From Octopus sinensis (taxonomy: Eukaryota), in assembly GCF_006345805.1 (NCBI RefSeq), contig NW_021834317.1:1-50106 (forward strand): 50,106 nucleotides of DNA. The letters are read 5' to 3'. Below the pieces are notes generated by a model that had not been told where the DNA came from, did no database searches, and saw only the letters and a program-made list of their open reading frames with translations. Shown in pieces: positions 11,872 through 24,020 of the stretch (the first letter of the stretch is position 1; each line of letters starts with the position of its first letter). Both the position numbers and the translations under genes were made by a program.

Positions 11872-12032
11872 TATATCTATATACAACATATATAATATAT
11901 ATAATATCATATATCATATCATGTTATATATAATAATATAATGCATATAATATACATATGCATATAAATATATACATATATCATATAAATATACATATAT
12001 GCATATAAATATATATATATAGATATATATAT

Positions 12033-12077
<45 letters not shown>

Positions 12078-13046
12078 TATATAATATTGCATATATATAC
12101 ACAGATGCAAATTTATATATACATATCTCTTCTGATAAAGGCAGATTTTCTCTGCCTGTTCCCATGTTTCTTTTTAATACAATTCTACAATATAGAATTT
12201 CTTCAATTGGAATTACCTATGATTTTTCCAAGTAGATTTATTGGGGTCATGGCATATCAAGTTTTTTCAGTTTGACCCCCAATTAAGCAAAAATTCGAGA
12301 AAACTCAATATTTTACGATTTGCCTCTCACTTTTCAAGTGTTTACTCCTGCTATTACCACCACACTTTCTCCTACTTTCTCTTTGCAAGTGTGAAACTAT
12401 TAAAGTGAAAGTATTCCCTTATTAATGTGTGTGTGTGTGTTGTATTAGCAATTCGTATAAAATTGCATTAATGACTTGAAATTGAATAAGTTGTTTCACA
12501 TAAATGGGGATAAATTAAAAAGGTTTTGTTTTATTATTATTACTGTTTGACTATTGTAATCACGTTTGTTGGTTCCGCGCGTCAGAGAAACGTTGTTGTG
12601 TTGCATTTGTTAAATAATTGTAAACCGTACCCCCCCCCTTTCGGAGAAGGGGGTTGTTATTGTTTGAAAATTGAATTGTGTCCCTATTTCGGAAAATGAC
12701 AATATTTTCACCGTCTTTACGGAAGCATTTTTTGTTAAAATGCCTTCGATAGAAGAAAGTCTAAATATGAATTTCGCTGCGCTGCAGGCCGTACACTTCT
12801 ATACAAGAGGGAGGACAAGATCCAATTGATCGAAATTGCAAGAGACGGGCCTACAATTCCAGTCTGTTATATTTTTGAGTATGTTATCACTAGCGATATC
12901 AAGATATAACTTTCTATTTTGTATTTTAAGTGTAGATGTATATATATAGATGTACATGTAATATGTACACATATATATACACATATATACATGCATAATA
13001 TATCTACCCATACACACATACGCACACACACACAAACACATACATA

Positions 13047-13103
13047 GGGGCAGGTGTGGCTGTGTGGTAACAAACTACGTTCCAAACACATGGTCCTGGG
13101 TTC
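13047..13103 (+). mobile_element. SINE family B head fragment
   Basis: GGGGCAGGTGTGGCTGTGTGGTAA...CACATGGTCCTGGGTTCA. Confidence 0.7.
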
Positions 13104-13138
13104 ATGTACATATATACATACATACATCCATCCATACA

Positions 13139-13183
<45 letters not shown>

Positions 13184-13214
13184 TGTATGTATGTGTATTA
13201 ATGTGTGTGTGTTA

Positions 13215-13600
13215 TCTCTCTATATATAAAGCTGAAGTTGTCTGTGTGCGCCAGGTTTGGTAACCTTCAACTAACACTATCTCCTCTGAGACCCTGCGGC
13301 GCAAGTTGACTAAATTGGAGTATGATAGAAGAAGGGGTTGCTCTTCCTTCCTGAGATAAATCAATCGGACCATGTTAACACCAAAAATTATTTACATCAA
13401 AGGGCTTTTTTTTCTATGAAAATCCCTATTTTTTTACGATTTTTTCACTGCTGTGTCGCCACTTTTCGGTGTATTTCAGCAGAAAAAATGTTCACTTGAA
13501 GGGAATAACAAGCTACATAATGCAAAATATTTTACTTTTCAAAAATTCCAATTCCAGCGGGTCGAAACAAACCCGAGCAACGCCGGGCGATACTGGCTAG
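13215..13600 (+). mobile_element. Non-autonomous Helitron
   Basis: 5' TC(TC)TATATATAAA; subterminal hairpin CCCG-AGCAACGC-CGGG; 3' CTAG; inserted between A (13214) and T (13601). Confidence 0.8.
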
Positions 13601-15181
13601 TATAGCCTATAAATATATATATATAAATATGTACATATTTATATATATTATATATATATATATATTATATATATATATATATATATAAGTGAATAGTACT
13701 ATGTATATATACATCATATATATGTATAAATACACACGCACACATACGTACGTACATACGCACACACAAACACACACAAACACAGATACACATACATATA
13801 TATATATATATAGATATATAGGTATAGGTGTATCTATATACACACCTAAATGTAAATGAGGGTTTGATTATGCTCAGCGTTTTCCACATAACATCAGAAA
13901 ATGTCTCTCACCGCAGTAGTGCCGGTAAATGTGAGGTTTAGAGTAAAAAATAAATAGACAAATAAATAAATCGATAAATAAATAAATAAAAACTAAGATC
14001 AGCCAAAATGATTGCAGTTGTTATTTTACTTGTTTGCTTTTAATTTTGCCTCATAAACACAAACAAAATAAACAAGACTGCAGAAAACATCCCACGAAAA
14101 CAACTCCATAAAAACGATTGCGCCCTCCTATAGTCAATCAGCCATCTTTGTTCTTCGCCTCTTGTAATAATGAGCAACATTGTATAGAGAGAGTTCAACA
14201 GCTTCAATAAGTTTTATTGTTTCATTATTTGCAAATTATCATGTTTATTATATTATTCTATTTAGAGTTTCTCTCTTCTCCGTAGAATTTGCAATAATAA
14301 TAATAATAATAATATGAAAAATAAAGAAACGAATAGTAAATAAACAAAAATCGCAACTGCATAGAAAATTCTTAACCAAATATTTCGTCGTAGAATCCAC
14401 GTATCAAATGGAATTGATGAAGTGCTTCTCTCCAGTCTCAATGGATTTTCACTTTGTTATCTTTCAACTAATTCTTTGACAACACAAATTTTATTATCTT
14501 CAATTGAGATATACGAGTCCAGTGTGTTGTGCGGCTTTTATCAAGACATTTTGTTACGTCAAAAACAAAAACAATACCAAAAAAAAAAATGTTTAATCAA
14601 ACGCCCCGTGCCAAATTCCACGGAAGGGATTTGTTATTAAGGTAAATTGTTCTTATAATGCTGTAGCAACATCGTCATTTACTGTAATAAACTTCAACGA
14701 ACTCTCTTTTTGTTAAATCTATATTAACACGAAAAAGAAAAAGAAAATGAAATAATGTAAAATCCTTACATCTTTATATACATGTGTGTGTGTGTGTGTG
14801 TGCATATCCATATATGGATATATATATATATCCCCCTCTCTCTCTCTGTATATACATGTGTGTGTGTGTGTGTGTGTATGTATATATATATGGTCTTTTC
14901 CTTTTATGTTTTACTGGACATCGGCTGTTAGTGTTTCATTTGAATATATATACTTTATTTCAGCTGTAATTATTTTATCTTTCTCAGTTTATCGAATAGT
15001 TAACTCTCATTAGGGGTCGTAACTTGATATATACAGAATATGTGTGTGTGTGTGTGTGTGTGCGTATGTGTGTGTGCGCGCCCATATATCTGTGTGTATA
15101 TGTATATATATATATATACACATACACAAGCTTACACACACAGAGGTTTTAACTTCTATTTTCAAATTTGCATCTCCAAAC

Positions 15182-15238
<57 letters not shown>

Positions 15239-15361
15239 GTATTCTAATTGTATACAAAATGTCTTTATGAGTTACTAATTAAGACCTTGTTTTGTTATTT
15301 TTTAAGTTTTGCAATTTTTACATCAGATAATAGAAAAGTTTAAAAACACGTGTGAGGACTC

Positions 15362-15581
15362 ATGAGGTGATACCGAATAGTTCCTGGTTCTGGGTAAAAG
15401 ACAATACAGGGGGAATCAGTTAATTGTGATTTTATTCAACGTATTCTCCTCTCAGATTCATACACTTATTACAGCAGTTCCTTTGTTTTTCTGAGCCCTT
15501 TAAAAGAACTCGGAAGGTTGGGCCCCCAAGCAGGCCTTTCGCAATACCCTTAAAGCCAGGAACTTTCAGCACCCCCTCGTA
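15362..15581. mobile_element. Mariner-derived MITE
   Basis: Right TIR AAAGCCAGGAACTTTCAGCACCCCCTCGTA (15552-15581) and a degenerate left TIR ATGAGGTGATACCGAATAGTTCCTGGTTCT. Confidence 0.65.
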
Positions 15582-15650
15582 AATGTAGAACAGAAATTGG
15601 AGCAATTCGCAAAATTAGACACTTCAGTATCTTAATATTCTATGTGTTTA

Positions 15651-16237
15651 AGGCAGCGAGCTGGCAGAAACGTTAGCACGCCGGGCGAAATGCGTAGCTG
15701 TATTTCGTCTGCCGTTACGTTCTGAGTTCAAATTCCGCCGAGGTCGACTTTGCCTTTCATCCTTTCGGGGTCGATAAATTAAGTACCAGTTACGCACTGG
15801 GGTCGATGTAATCGACTTAATCCCTTTGTCTGTCCTTGTTTGTCTCCTCTGTGTTTAGCCCCTTGTGGGCAATAAAGAAATAGGTATTTCGTCTGTCTTT
15901 ACGTTCTGAGTTCAAATTCCACCAAGGTCGGCTTTGCCTTTCATCCTTTCGGGGTTGATTAAATAAGTATCAGTTACGCACTGGGGTCGATATAATCGAC
16001 TCAATCCGTTTGTCTGTCCTTGTGTGTCCCTTCTGTGTTTAGCCCCTTGTGGGCAGTAAAGAAATAGGTATTTCGTCTGTCTTTACGTTCTGAGTTCAAA
16101 TTCTGCGGAGGTCGACTTTGCCTTTCATCCTTTCGCGATCGATAAATTAAGTACCAGATGCGTACTGGGGTCGATCTAATCGACTGGCTCCACCCTCCCC
16201 CAAAATTTCGGTCCTTGTGCCTAGAGTAGAAAAGAAC
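15651..16237 (+). mobile_element. Tandem trimer of SINE family A
   Basis: One full copy to about 15882, then two 5'-truncated copies that both restart at GGTATTTCGTCTGTCTTTACG. Confidence 0.92.
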
Positions 16238-16597
16238 ATTTCCATGTGTTTGTGAAGCAAACGGCTTGTAAAAGTTAAACAATGGATCAAAAACAATTAG
16301 TTTCTTGATATATATAAATCCAAAAGCCACATTGTAACGATGTTCTTTAAAAGAGCTCTCGACTACAGGAAATAGAAAACAATGAAAGTAAGGCAGGACA
16401 GAAGCAAAGAAGTCGTATAAGCAGTATAACTATAACAGATTTAGTGATGTTAATGCATACAGTCTCGAGTTCAAATCTGCTTATAGAACTCTTAGAAAAC
16501 TATGGAACAATGCAAAATGCGTGTGATGAGTATCTGTGATGATTAAGAAAAAAAAGCATGATATCGTGAACAAGAAAACCTGTAGTGAATCGTTAAA

Positions 16598-17893
16598 TAC
16601 GAGAGGCGGCAGAAAGTTCATAAGCTGACCAAGATATTCTCATGGGATATAACCAAATGAAGTTTATTTTTCAATATAGTTCCCCTTGCAGTCCACATAT
16701 TTTTTCCATTAGTGTTGCAGTGCTTGGATCTTATTGGTGAAGAAGCTTTCACCCTGTTGCTCAAAAAATTCATCAACAACAGACATGACGTCATCGTCAC
16801 TGCGATACTACTTCACAGCCAAGTGTTTTTTTCATGTTGGGGAATAGATGACAGTTTGACGGGGCCAAAACAAGGAAATAGGGAGGTTGATCAACCAGTT
16901 CAAGGCCACAGTCATGCAAAGCAGCCATTAAAACCATGGACTTGTGTGCTGGGGCATTATTCCTATGAAACGAGACTCCTTTCGTCAGTTTTCCTGAGCT
17001 GTTGGTCTTGATAGCCTTTCGTAGCTGCCTCAGCAAGATGGCATAATACTCTCCATTGATGGTGTGGCTCTTTTAAAGATAGCCAATAAACACAATGTCT
17101 TTTGCACCTCAAAAAACTGAGGTCATTACCTTCCCTGCAGATGAAACGAATTTGGCCTTCTTTGCTGCTGGAGAGGAGGGATGTTTTCACTGCATTAATT
17201 GTCTCTTTGTCTCTGGCTCAAAGCGATGAACCCAACACACATCCTCGGTTAGGAAGCATTCAAGGAAACCATCAGGCTCTACTTGAAACAATGTCAGATT
17301 TTCTCGTGATATGATCAGCCTGGTGTGCTTTTGATCAGATATCAGAAGACATGGCAACCACAGAGCAGAAACCTTTGTCGTACCAAGTTCTTTGTGCAGA
17401 ATATTCTCAAGTGTCTCGTGGGATATGCTAATAACATTGGCTGTTCGATTTATGGTCAAACGCCTGTCATCCATCACCATGTGGTAAAACGATCAATATC
17501 AACCTCGGTTGTCGGACGTCTAGACTTTGAATCATTTTTAGATTCTCCCTTCCCCTCTAAAATTCAGCTGTCCACTTTCGTACTCTCGATAAAGCTGGAG
17601 TGTCGTTCCCTATTGTAGCAACCATGTCAGCATGAATGCCCTTGGGAACTAAACCCCCCCCCCTTTTTTTTGCAGGTACTTCCTAACACCACAATGCCAA
17701 ATTTTCTCGATTTTCAAGAGAAGTCGCAACCAGTTACCTTTGAAGTCTTCCTTGAACAGTCAAGTGTCTGTTTACCTAGAAAAAAAAAACAATGTAGATA
17801 TTAATAAGAGTTAAAATTAATGCATGAAAGATTTCACAGCTCTAGCAATACTCCTTCGTAGTCAGCCTGTGAACTTTTCAAACCTGCCTCGAA
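16598..17893 (-). mobile_element. Full-length degenerate mariner (about 1.3 kb)
   Basis: Imperfect TIRs TACGAG...AAAGTTCA(T/C)A(A/G)GCTGAC at both ends. Minus-strand blocks DDRRLTI, KVSALWLP, TEDVCWVHRFEPETKRQ, FHRNNAPAH and QPPYFLVLAPSNCHLF are typical mariner transposase motifs. Confidence 0.9.
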
Positions 17894-18000
17894 TAGTCGT
17901 TTCACCGGCAGAGTGCTATTTAGATCAAATGAAATTATTAATTCATATAAAGATTGTACTGAAAATATTGCAAAAGTAGAGTATAATTATTTTTATTAAA

Positions 18001-18800
18001 TGAGGTGGGTCGTTCAAATTACATATGCGGGCAGAGTAACTCTTTCTCCATAGTAACTCGCCATCATTAAGTTCTTGACAAAGGAAGAGTGCAGGCTGTT
18101 CCACGTGTTGTGTATGAAGATGACACCATTGGCAAGAGCAATGCGCACAAATAGATGAAGAAGTTTAAAGAAGGGGAAACCGACATTGAAGACAAGCCAA
18201 GTAGTGGAAGATCATCATCTACGACGACCAGGCGAATCGCTCGCGAATGGTCGAAATGATTTGTGCGGACAGACGAGTAGCAATTTCGACTGCGGTCACA
18301 ACGCATTACAGAAGACCGTGGAAGACTGGTCATTTGAAAGTGTCAGCAGAGTGGGTACCTTGGCAGTTGCTAACCCGATTCGAATGAGAGAATGGCAGAA
18401 GCCTACACTGATATACTAGTGACAGGGAATGAAATATGGACGTATATTCATGTTACAGAAATGAAAGCTCAAGCGATGGAATGGCATCAGACCTCTTCTC
18501 CACGGTTTGAGAATTTCAAGACTCATCGCTCAGCGCAGAATGTCATGGCCAGTGGTCTGAAGGATGAGGAGCGCGTCTTTCTCCTTGATTTTTCTGGGAG
18601 GTAAGTGTATCGTGATCAGCAAGCAGTACACGGAAACACCAAAATAGCTTAGAGAAGTCATTAGGCGGAAGAAACCCAACAGGAATCCGAAAACGATTCA
18701 CATTCACCATACCAATGTGCAACAACACACATCTTTGGCAACAAACATAGCAGTCGACATATTGAACTGGTCAGTGATCCCCCAGCCACCATATAACCTG

Positions 18801-18803
<3 letters not shown>
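18001..18803 (+). mobile_element. Second mariner transposase relic, truncated at (GATA)n
   Basis: KKFKEGETDIEDKPSSGR, ILVTGNEIWTY...EWHQTSSPR and QPPYNLD immediately before the GATA run. Confidence 0.8.
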
Positions 18804-18873
<70 letters not shown>

Positions 18874-18880
18874 ATAGATA
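18802..18880. repeat. (GATA)n at the Tx1 3' junction
   Basis: Read directly; a second run lies at about 18992-19033. Confidence 0.97.
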
Positions 18881-18882
18881 AG

Positions 18883-18994
18883 TTTCTTTATTGGCCACAC
18901 AGGGCTGCACACAGATGGGACAAGTTACAAGGTAGAGCTTTTCTTTTGGGGATGAAAAAAACAAAAAAACATCCCCCAAAAGAAAAGCGTAGAT

Positions 18995-19054
<60 letters not shown>

Positions 19055-19126
19055 TGTTTCTTTATTAGCCACACAGGGCTGCACACAGATAGAACAAATT
19101 ACAAGGTAGAGCTTTTCTTTTGAAGG

Positions 19127-19160
<34 letters not shown>

Positions 19161-21440
19161 AAGGGGGAGGTTCGATCAAAAGGGATCGTAAAAGGAGAGA
19201 AAGAGGACAAAAATAAGGGGGGGTTAAAAAAAAAAAAAAAAAAAAGGGGGGGAGAGGAAAAAAAAATGATCAATAGGGATCGTTATCACAGAAATGTCAA
19301 TATGAAGTGTAAAGGGGAGGACAGGTGAGGTTTACCCGTGGAAAGAAAAGCCTGCGGAAAAGACCACGGTAACCTCGGTCAATGAAGTCACATTTTATAT
19401 TTCTTTTTTTTTTTTTTTTTTTTTTTTTTGCAAATAAGCAACTCTCTGTTTTCGATTTCTGGGTTCATAGGACTATGCTCAAGGTGGCTTCGTCATTCAT
19501 ACGTGCCATTCTTGCTACATTCACCCATCTTTTTTAAAACATTCGCTAGACAAAACTTGCCTCTCTACTCTCACTTTCCTTTTCAAGTGGTACTTGAAGA
19601 AGTTGATGAGAGATTGACCAGAGAGGAAAGTGTTTGTCTCCAATCCTTTCAGACGCGTCCACCAGATACATTCTTTCGCCATAGCCACAAGGATGATGAA
19701 AATAGCTCTTCCTTCCCGTTTGAAGGAAGGAGGCGTGACAATATTGACGATAGACTCAGCTGATAACCCGACTCGTCCCACACGTGACAGCAGTTGTTCG
19801 ACATAAGCCCACAGGTCGGAAATTGTTGGACACTGAACGAGTGCGTGCAGAACGGTTTCGTCGCTCTGACCGCATCTCGGGCAGGTCGGCCCCGTGTTTC
19901 TCGAGCCGTGTCTGTAGAGCTTATCCCGAACGGGTAGCGCTTCTCGGTAGCACTGCCAGGCCAGGGATCTCTGGAAGTTGTCCATGGGCCCTGGCCCGAA
20001 AGTCGTCCCGAACAGGCGGGTCAGGTACTCCTCGTCGACGTCCAGGTTCGCCCCGAGCTCGTCGTCGTACCTCCCCTCCACTAAACCCCTATAGAATGCT
20101 TTGGTTGTGTTGAAGTCACTTAAGGTCGACCCAGGACGGCAGAGTTGCTTGAGAGCAACGCGACACTCGCGGTGCCATTCGCCCTTCCTCGGCCTCTTTT
20201 TAATCCACGACTGCAGTTCGGTCATGGAGACGAGCTGCGGGAAAGCGTGCCTCACAAACGGCGACCACACCTGTTCACCGTCGTCTACATAGAGCCAGAG
20301 ATGTCGCAGTCTCAGCGCGTGTCTGCGCATCATCAACCACGGCATGCCCAGCCCTCCTTTTAACGGGTGTTGACAGCAAATGGATCGCCTGACCATCGGG
20401 ACGCATCCTTTCCACAAGAAGCGAAAGAGGATGCGTTGTAGTTTGGTGATGGTAGGGTCGGGACAAGGTACGACGGTCAGGCGGTAGTAGATGACGGACG
20501 CGATGTACGTGTTCGCCACCTCCGCTCGACCTTTTAGGGACAGTTTCCTCTCGGCCCATTGCCGGGCGAGAGTGACCACCCTACTCGTTATCTCGTTCCA
20601 GTTCTTCTCCACTTGGAGGTCCGGACCAAACCAGACCCCGAGCAACTCAACCGGGCCGTCGGTCCAGCGTCCCACGACGGAGGCGCTGGTGGACGGCATG
20701 GGCTTGCTTCTCCAGGTGCCTAGTCGCAAGCCCACTGACTTTTCCCGGTTGATTTTCGCTCCTGTCACCGCTTCGTAGTTTTTCAGTGTCTCGCCGACCA
20801 GCTCGATGTGCTCGTGGCTAGACACTATGACGGTGACGTCGTCCGCGTATGCAGACACGCTCGTCCCGCATCCCAATTCTCGCGGGATGCCCCTTAGAGT
20901 CGCCAGCTTCCGCAGTAGTGGCTCAAGAGTCAATACGTATAGAAGCGCCGAGAGGGGGCATCCCTGACGGACCGAACGTGCAATGTCGAAAGGTCTCGAT
21001 AGATGTCCATTTACGCGAATTACCGAACGGATGCCTCTGTACAAGGCAGCTATCCAGCCGCGGAAGACGGGACCGAAACCAGCCGCTCTCAGGACTGCCT
21101 CCAAGTATCGATGGTCTACCCTATCAAAGGCTTTTGATTGATCCAAGTTGATCAGGCCCCACCCATGCCAGGTTCGTTAACTACCCTGTCTATGATGTAG
21201 CGCATCAGATGGAGGTTGTCATGGATGGTCGGCCTGGCACGGCGCATGTTTGCGCCTTGTCGACCAGTTTCTCGATGACAAGCGCCAACCTCTTGGCTAG
21301 CACCTTGGCCAAAATTTTCAAGTCTGCATTAAGCAGAGTGATGGGCCTAAAGTTATCTATTACATTTCCCTTGTTTAGATCTTTCTTCAGCAGTGTTACG
21401 GCTCCTCGGCTCACAAAACCAGGAATGCTCCCGTTTTGCT
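18883..21440 (-). mobile_element. Tx1/L1-clade LINE, 5'-truncated, with 3' UTR
   Basis: RT motifs NFRPITLLNADLKILAK, DQSKAFDRVDH, SVRQGCPLSALLY and AYADDV; C-terminal CPRCGQSDETVLHALVQC knuckle; AATAAA next to the 3' end. Confidence 0.93.
19450..21440 (-). pseudogene. Tx1 ORF2 reverse transcriptase and C-terminal region; 541-codon open stretch 19521-21146
   Basis: ORF track plus upstream RT sequence. Apparent 1-nt frameshifts near 21230, 21160 and 19530; the endonuclease is missing. Confidence 0.9.
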
Positions 21441-21631
21441 GATAGATAGATAGATAGGTAGATAGATAAGTAGGTAGGAAGGTAGGTAGGTAGGTAGATA
21501 GATAGATAGATAGATAGGTAGATAGATAAGTAGGTAGGAAGGTAGGTAGGTAGGTAGATAGATAGATAGATGATGGATGGATGGATGGATGGGTGGATGG
21601 ATGGATGGATGGATGGATGGATGGAGGGATG

Positions 21632-21700
<69 letters not shown>
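21441..21700. repeat. Compound (GATA)/(GGTA)/(GGAT) microsatellite at the Tx1 5' junction
   Basis: Read directly; includes a duplicated 60-bp block. Confidence 0.97.
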
Positions 21701-21701
<1 letters not shown>

Positions 21702-22618
21702 AGTATAAATTAAAATGGAAAATGATAAAGCAAAACATGATATCACTCGAACAAACATTTAAAATTTGTTAGAAAATATACGCAGATAGAGTCTCTTACC
21801 GCTGTTTCTAGAATAGTCAAGCAAGTAGATCATGATATTGAGTAAGGATTCCATAAGCTGAGTACTCTGTCATCGGAGAGAAAGAAGTCAGAAGACATAA
21901 AAATGAAAAATATCCCCGGTAAAGGATACTTATACTTTCCGGTTTGTCGAGAAATGAAGGAAGGATCAGAATGAAAAATATATGCGTTAGAGTTAGGTAG
22001 TTCCATGTTTGAATAAATACTGAAGTTATAAGTAAAGTCCATTATCAATTCCATAGGTAAATATTTCTTGATAATGTATTTTATTTTGCTATGGATCATC
22101 TCCAAATATTCGCCTTTGTCAATGATAATAGGCTTTTTAACTGATGATATCCTCAGGAAAGGAAAAGCCGATACAATGTGACACCGGTATCGTCGTAGGC
22201 ATTGCCTTCAGATGTAAAAAGCCAGAACAAATCGGGTAATGCGTCTTAGCCGACGCTTTATCAGTTCAGCCAATCCTGCACTCCTAGCCGGTACATTTTT
22301 TAACGATCTCCACCGCCGTCATCCGGCCAAAGATAGCCAGCAAATGGGTGAATTTGGACAATATATTGGAAGAAGTAATGGTTGTGTTGGACGATGACTA
22401 AGACGTGGGGAAAACATACATAGAAGCGAGACACTTCTATATTCGGCCTGCATGGAAAGACAGAGTCGACCACGGTGAGATCTGAACAAATATCACAAGG
22501 CAAGGCAATCTATCCTGTCTTGCGCTCCAACAGTTCACTTCGTTATACATTTATACATACATACGTACATACATACATACAAACATACATGTATACATAC
22601 ACAATATATATATATGCA

Positions 22619-22660
<42 letters not shown>

Positions 22661-22662
<2 letters not shown>

Positions 22663-23070
22663 CGCAGGATATAAGTAGGCGCAGGAGTGGCTGTGTGGTA
22701 AGTAGTTTGTTTACCAACCACATGGTTCCGGGTTCAGTCCCACTGCGTGGCACCTTGGGCAAGTGTCCTCTACTATAGCCTCGGGCCAACCAAAGCCTTG
22801 TGAGTGGATTTGGTAGACGGAAACTGAAAGAAGCCCGTCGTATATATGTATATGTATATATGCGCGTGTGCGTTTGTGTGTCTGTGTTTGTCCCATCCAA
22901 CATCGCTTGACAACCGATGCTGGTGTGTTTATGTCCCCGTCACTTACCGGTTCGGCAAAAGAGACCGATAGAATAAGTACTCGGCTTACAAAGGATAAGT
23001 CCCGGGGTCGAGTTGCTCGATTAAAGGCGGTGCTCCAGCATGGCCGCAGTCAAATGACTGAAACAAGTAA

Positions 23071-23079
<9 letters not shown>
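22661..23079 (+). mobile_element. SINE family B, full length, with a short duplicated head
   Basis: GGCGCAGGA occurs at 22661 and again at 22678, followed by the full body and tail. Confidence 0.93.
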
Positions 23080-23101
<22 letters not shown>

Positions 23102-23205
23102 TATAAACACACACACATATATGCTTGTATGTGTATGTATATATATATACATTTTCCTTTTTCTTTAATATATGTATACATATATATGTGTGTGTGTTTA
23201 TATAG

Positions 23206-23442
23206 GTTTATTCCTTCTCGAGCCACGCTGGCTCATAGGGCCGGTTTCCCGGTTTCCTTCGCGTATAGGTTCCCCACCTGGATGGGACGCCGGTCCGTCA
23301 CAGGTGAGCTGGAAGATGCAGGAGGAAAGAGTGAGAGAAAATTGTGGTGAAAGAGTCAGCAGAAGTTCGCCCGGTTTGAGATTCGAACCCGCGATCCCTC
23401 GACCGCGAGTCCGCTGCTCTAACCACAAGGACATGGGCCTCC
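23206..23442 (-). mobile_element. SINE family C
   Basis: Minus strand GTGGTTAGAGCAGCGGACTCGCGGTCGAGGGATCGCGGGTTCGAATC carries A-box and B-box-like motifs; homologous to 2031-2248. Confidence 0.85.
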
Positions 23443-23471
23443 ACGTGATTATATGTGTCTGTGTGTGAATG

Positions 23472-23528
<57 letters not shown>

Positions 23529-23530
23529 AC

Positions 23531-23538
23531 AGATAGAT

Positions 23539-23608
<70 letters not shown>
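23531..23608. repeat. (GATA)n microsatellite
   Basis: Read directly from the sequence. Confidence 0.97.
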
Positions 23609-24020
23609 ACATACACACACACAGGCAGAAATAGAGAAAAGCGAGAAGGAGAAATGGAGATTCCGTTGCGTAAATGAAAGCAATGTGTGAGCAAGTGTTA
23701 ATTAGATCTCTATATGTTAACTTTAAAAAAAATAATAATAACAAACAAATCGAAATATATAAAATCAATTACGACCGAGTGAATTACGTAGTCTCTTGAT
23801 TATATTCCGCTTTAACCATATAATGGTAACACACAACGTCATATCATATACCATAAAGCTATTTGCTATAAAAAAAAAAGATTGTCTCATCTAATACAAA
23901 TTTATATTATAATTTAGAAATCGACTGGAGGAAAAAAAAAATGAATAGAAAACTTGTGTCTAAGGAATGAAGTGAACAGGTACAACCTTTGAAGCACCGG
24001 TGTAGCGACCTCAAGATACC

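Noticed and set aside
23380-23442. tRNA gene; similar heads at about 1040-1100 and 2190-2248
   Set aside because: The A-box and B-box-like motifs run into SINE bodies with no complete cloverleaf or terminator.
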